From contig OZ024751.1 in the NCBI GenBank assembly GCA_964016885.1, positions 53,831,848-53,895,847 of the forward strand: DNA of 64,000 nt, in the 5' to 3' direction. Below, one piece after another: positions 54,923-64,000 of this stretch. Each line of letters opens with the position of its first letter. Position 1 is the stretch's first letter. The DNA is from Eledone cirrhosa. Lineage: Eukaryota. The notes under the pieces are model-generated. The model was not told the origin of the DNA and did no database searches. It saw only the letters and a list, made by a program, of their open reading frames with translations. The position numbers and the translations under genes were made by a program.

Positions 54923-56261
54923 AAATTAAATAAATAAATAAAATTCAAATTTAAATTTTAAAATTAAAATTTAAATTTAAATTTAAATTTAAATAAAAAA
55001 TAAATAAATAAATAAATAAATAAATGGAGTCAAGTAAGTAAATAAATAAAATTAGATAACATGAAATGAAATAAAATGAAATAAAGTAAATTGAGATAAG
55101 ATATATATTTTTTTAGAATATATCTCTTGAATATATCAGGGGCCCACGAAGGCACTAAGTGTCACAGTTATGTGTATCACTTGACCAATTTTAAAAATAT
55201 ATTTCTTGAAAACATCAGGGGCCCACGAAGGCACTAAGTGTCACAGTCACCAGTATCAATTGACCATTGCAAGGCAATGGATGCGTCCCAGGTTGGGCAG
55301 TCTCGAAAGTTCACTCGAAAGTCATGGGTGTGCATTCACACAGTTGAGCGGTGGGGGTAATCACAAACCGGTTCACACACGGGCAGGAGTCCAATGGTCA
55401 GAGAGAGGTGCATCGAAGGAGGTAGAAGAATTCACGTGCATTAGCAAGCGAGGTGAGGCGGGTTAAAGCAAGCAGACACAGTTGTAGCGCATACAAAATA
55501 TATATAAAAAGACAGAAGATATATAAAAAATAGCTTCAAGCGCCATTAAGTCACCGCATTGGGACATCACAAGATTGTACACATCAATATGTTCAGCACG
55601 TATATGCACGTATACACACCACATGCATATGCAGAGACGGTATACATATATATATATATATATTTTTTTTTATATATACAGACACATATAACCACCTACA
55701 CCCATACACATATAAATGTATACACGGACATTATACATTTAATTATATCTTATATTATATTATTTTAATTTAGTCTATGTTATTTGATTTTAGTTTACCT
55801 TATTTTATCTTATTTTACGATTATATTATATTATGTTCTATGTATATAATTTTTAATTTTTAATTTTATATTATTTTATCTCATTCCTTACCCTATATTT
55901 TATATGTAAGTTTGTTATGTATTTCTTTGTATTTCTTTTTATATATATTATAAGTCTGCTTTTCACCTATTTTTTACCTATTTTTTACCTACTCTTACCT
56001 AATCCCATTATCTTATCTACTCTTGTCTGTTCTCTTATCCATGTGTCTACTCTTGTCTGTTCTCTTATCCATGTGTATGCTTGTATGTAACTATATGTTG
56101 ACAGCACCCCGCCCAACTGTGACTGATAGCACCCCTTATTTTTATTTTTATTTTTATTTTTATTTTTACTTTTATTTTTATTCTTATCCTTTATCGTCTA
56201 TTATTACCTTTCATTCTTCAATGTCTTGGATTTGTTATTGCTTGTATGGTATGTAATTAAC

Positions 56262-56319
56262 CTTTATGCTCTGATGAGTCCCACTTATAGTGCGGATGAA
56301 ACAATGTTAGCAAGTAAAG
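56262..56319 (+). ncRNA. Type I hammerhead (right arm)
   Basis: tgct-CTGATGA-gtcc..ggat-GAAAC-aat-GTT-agca, with stem I extension cttta/taaag. Confidence 0.75.
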
Positions 56320-56449
56320 ATATGCATATGCTATAAGCGTTCTTTGTTATTTATTATATTACGGCTCTGTCCTCAGACATTGAGCTAACCTCATACTGCC
56401 TGCTGGATAAGTGGAGTGTTATACACCCCTGATCCTTTCCCTAGCATAC

Positions 56450-64000
<7,551 letters not shown>

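Larger units (their letters stand above)
54206..56361. mobile_element. Non-coding PLE 3' UTR with ~630-bp inverted arms (54206-54839, 55730-56361)
   Basis: Near-perfect inverted repeat, each arm carrying a hammerhead. Confidence 0.8.

Overview
Eukaryotic, AT-rich, almost entirely repetitive DNA. The SINE types and huge (TA)n tracts suggest an octopus or other cephalopod (inference). No intact host gene is supportable, and most long ORFs in the track are microsatellite artefacts. The window holds at least eight coding fragments of Penelope-like retroelements (PLEs: RT plus C-terminal GIY-YIG) from several families and several solo pseudo-LTRs, nearly all abutting (TA)n. It also holds two RTE LINEs, a CR1/L2-group LINE, a deleted mariner, tRNA-SINEs and a twice-repeated RTE-derived short element. 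Main observations: (1) about 15 type I hammerhead ribozyme motifs from about 10 unrelated pLTR families, two of them with the compensatory U3-A8 core; (2) a C-terminal-endonuclease PLE with a ~70 aa insertion in the RT fingers, where telomerase has its IFD; (3) a LINE ORF2 with no ATG whose frame opens just before a U UUU UUA heptamer in ORF1, suggesting -1 frameshifting, with the same heptamer in a PLE; (4) head-to-head insertions joining different PLE families; (5) kb-scale duplicated and inverted structure inside the TA tracts. All calls were made by eye, clade names are tentative and boundaries are approximate.
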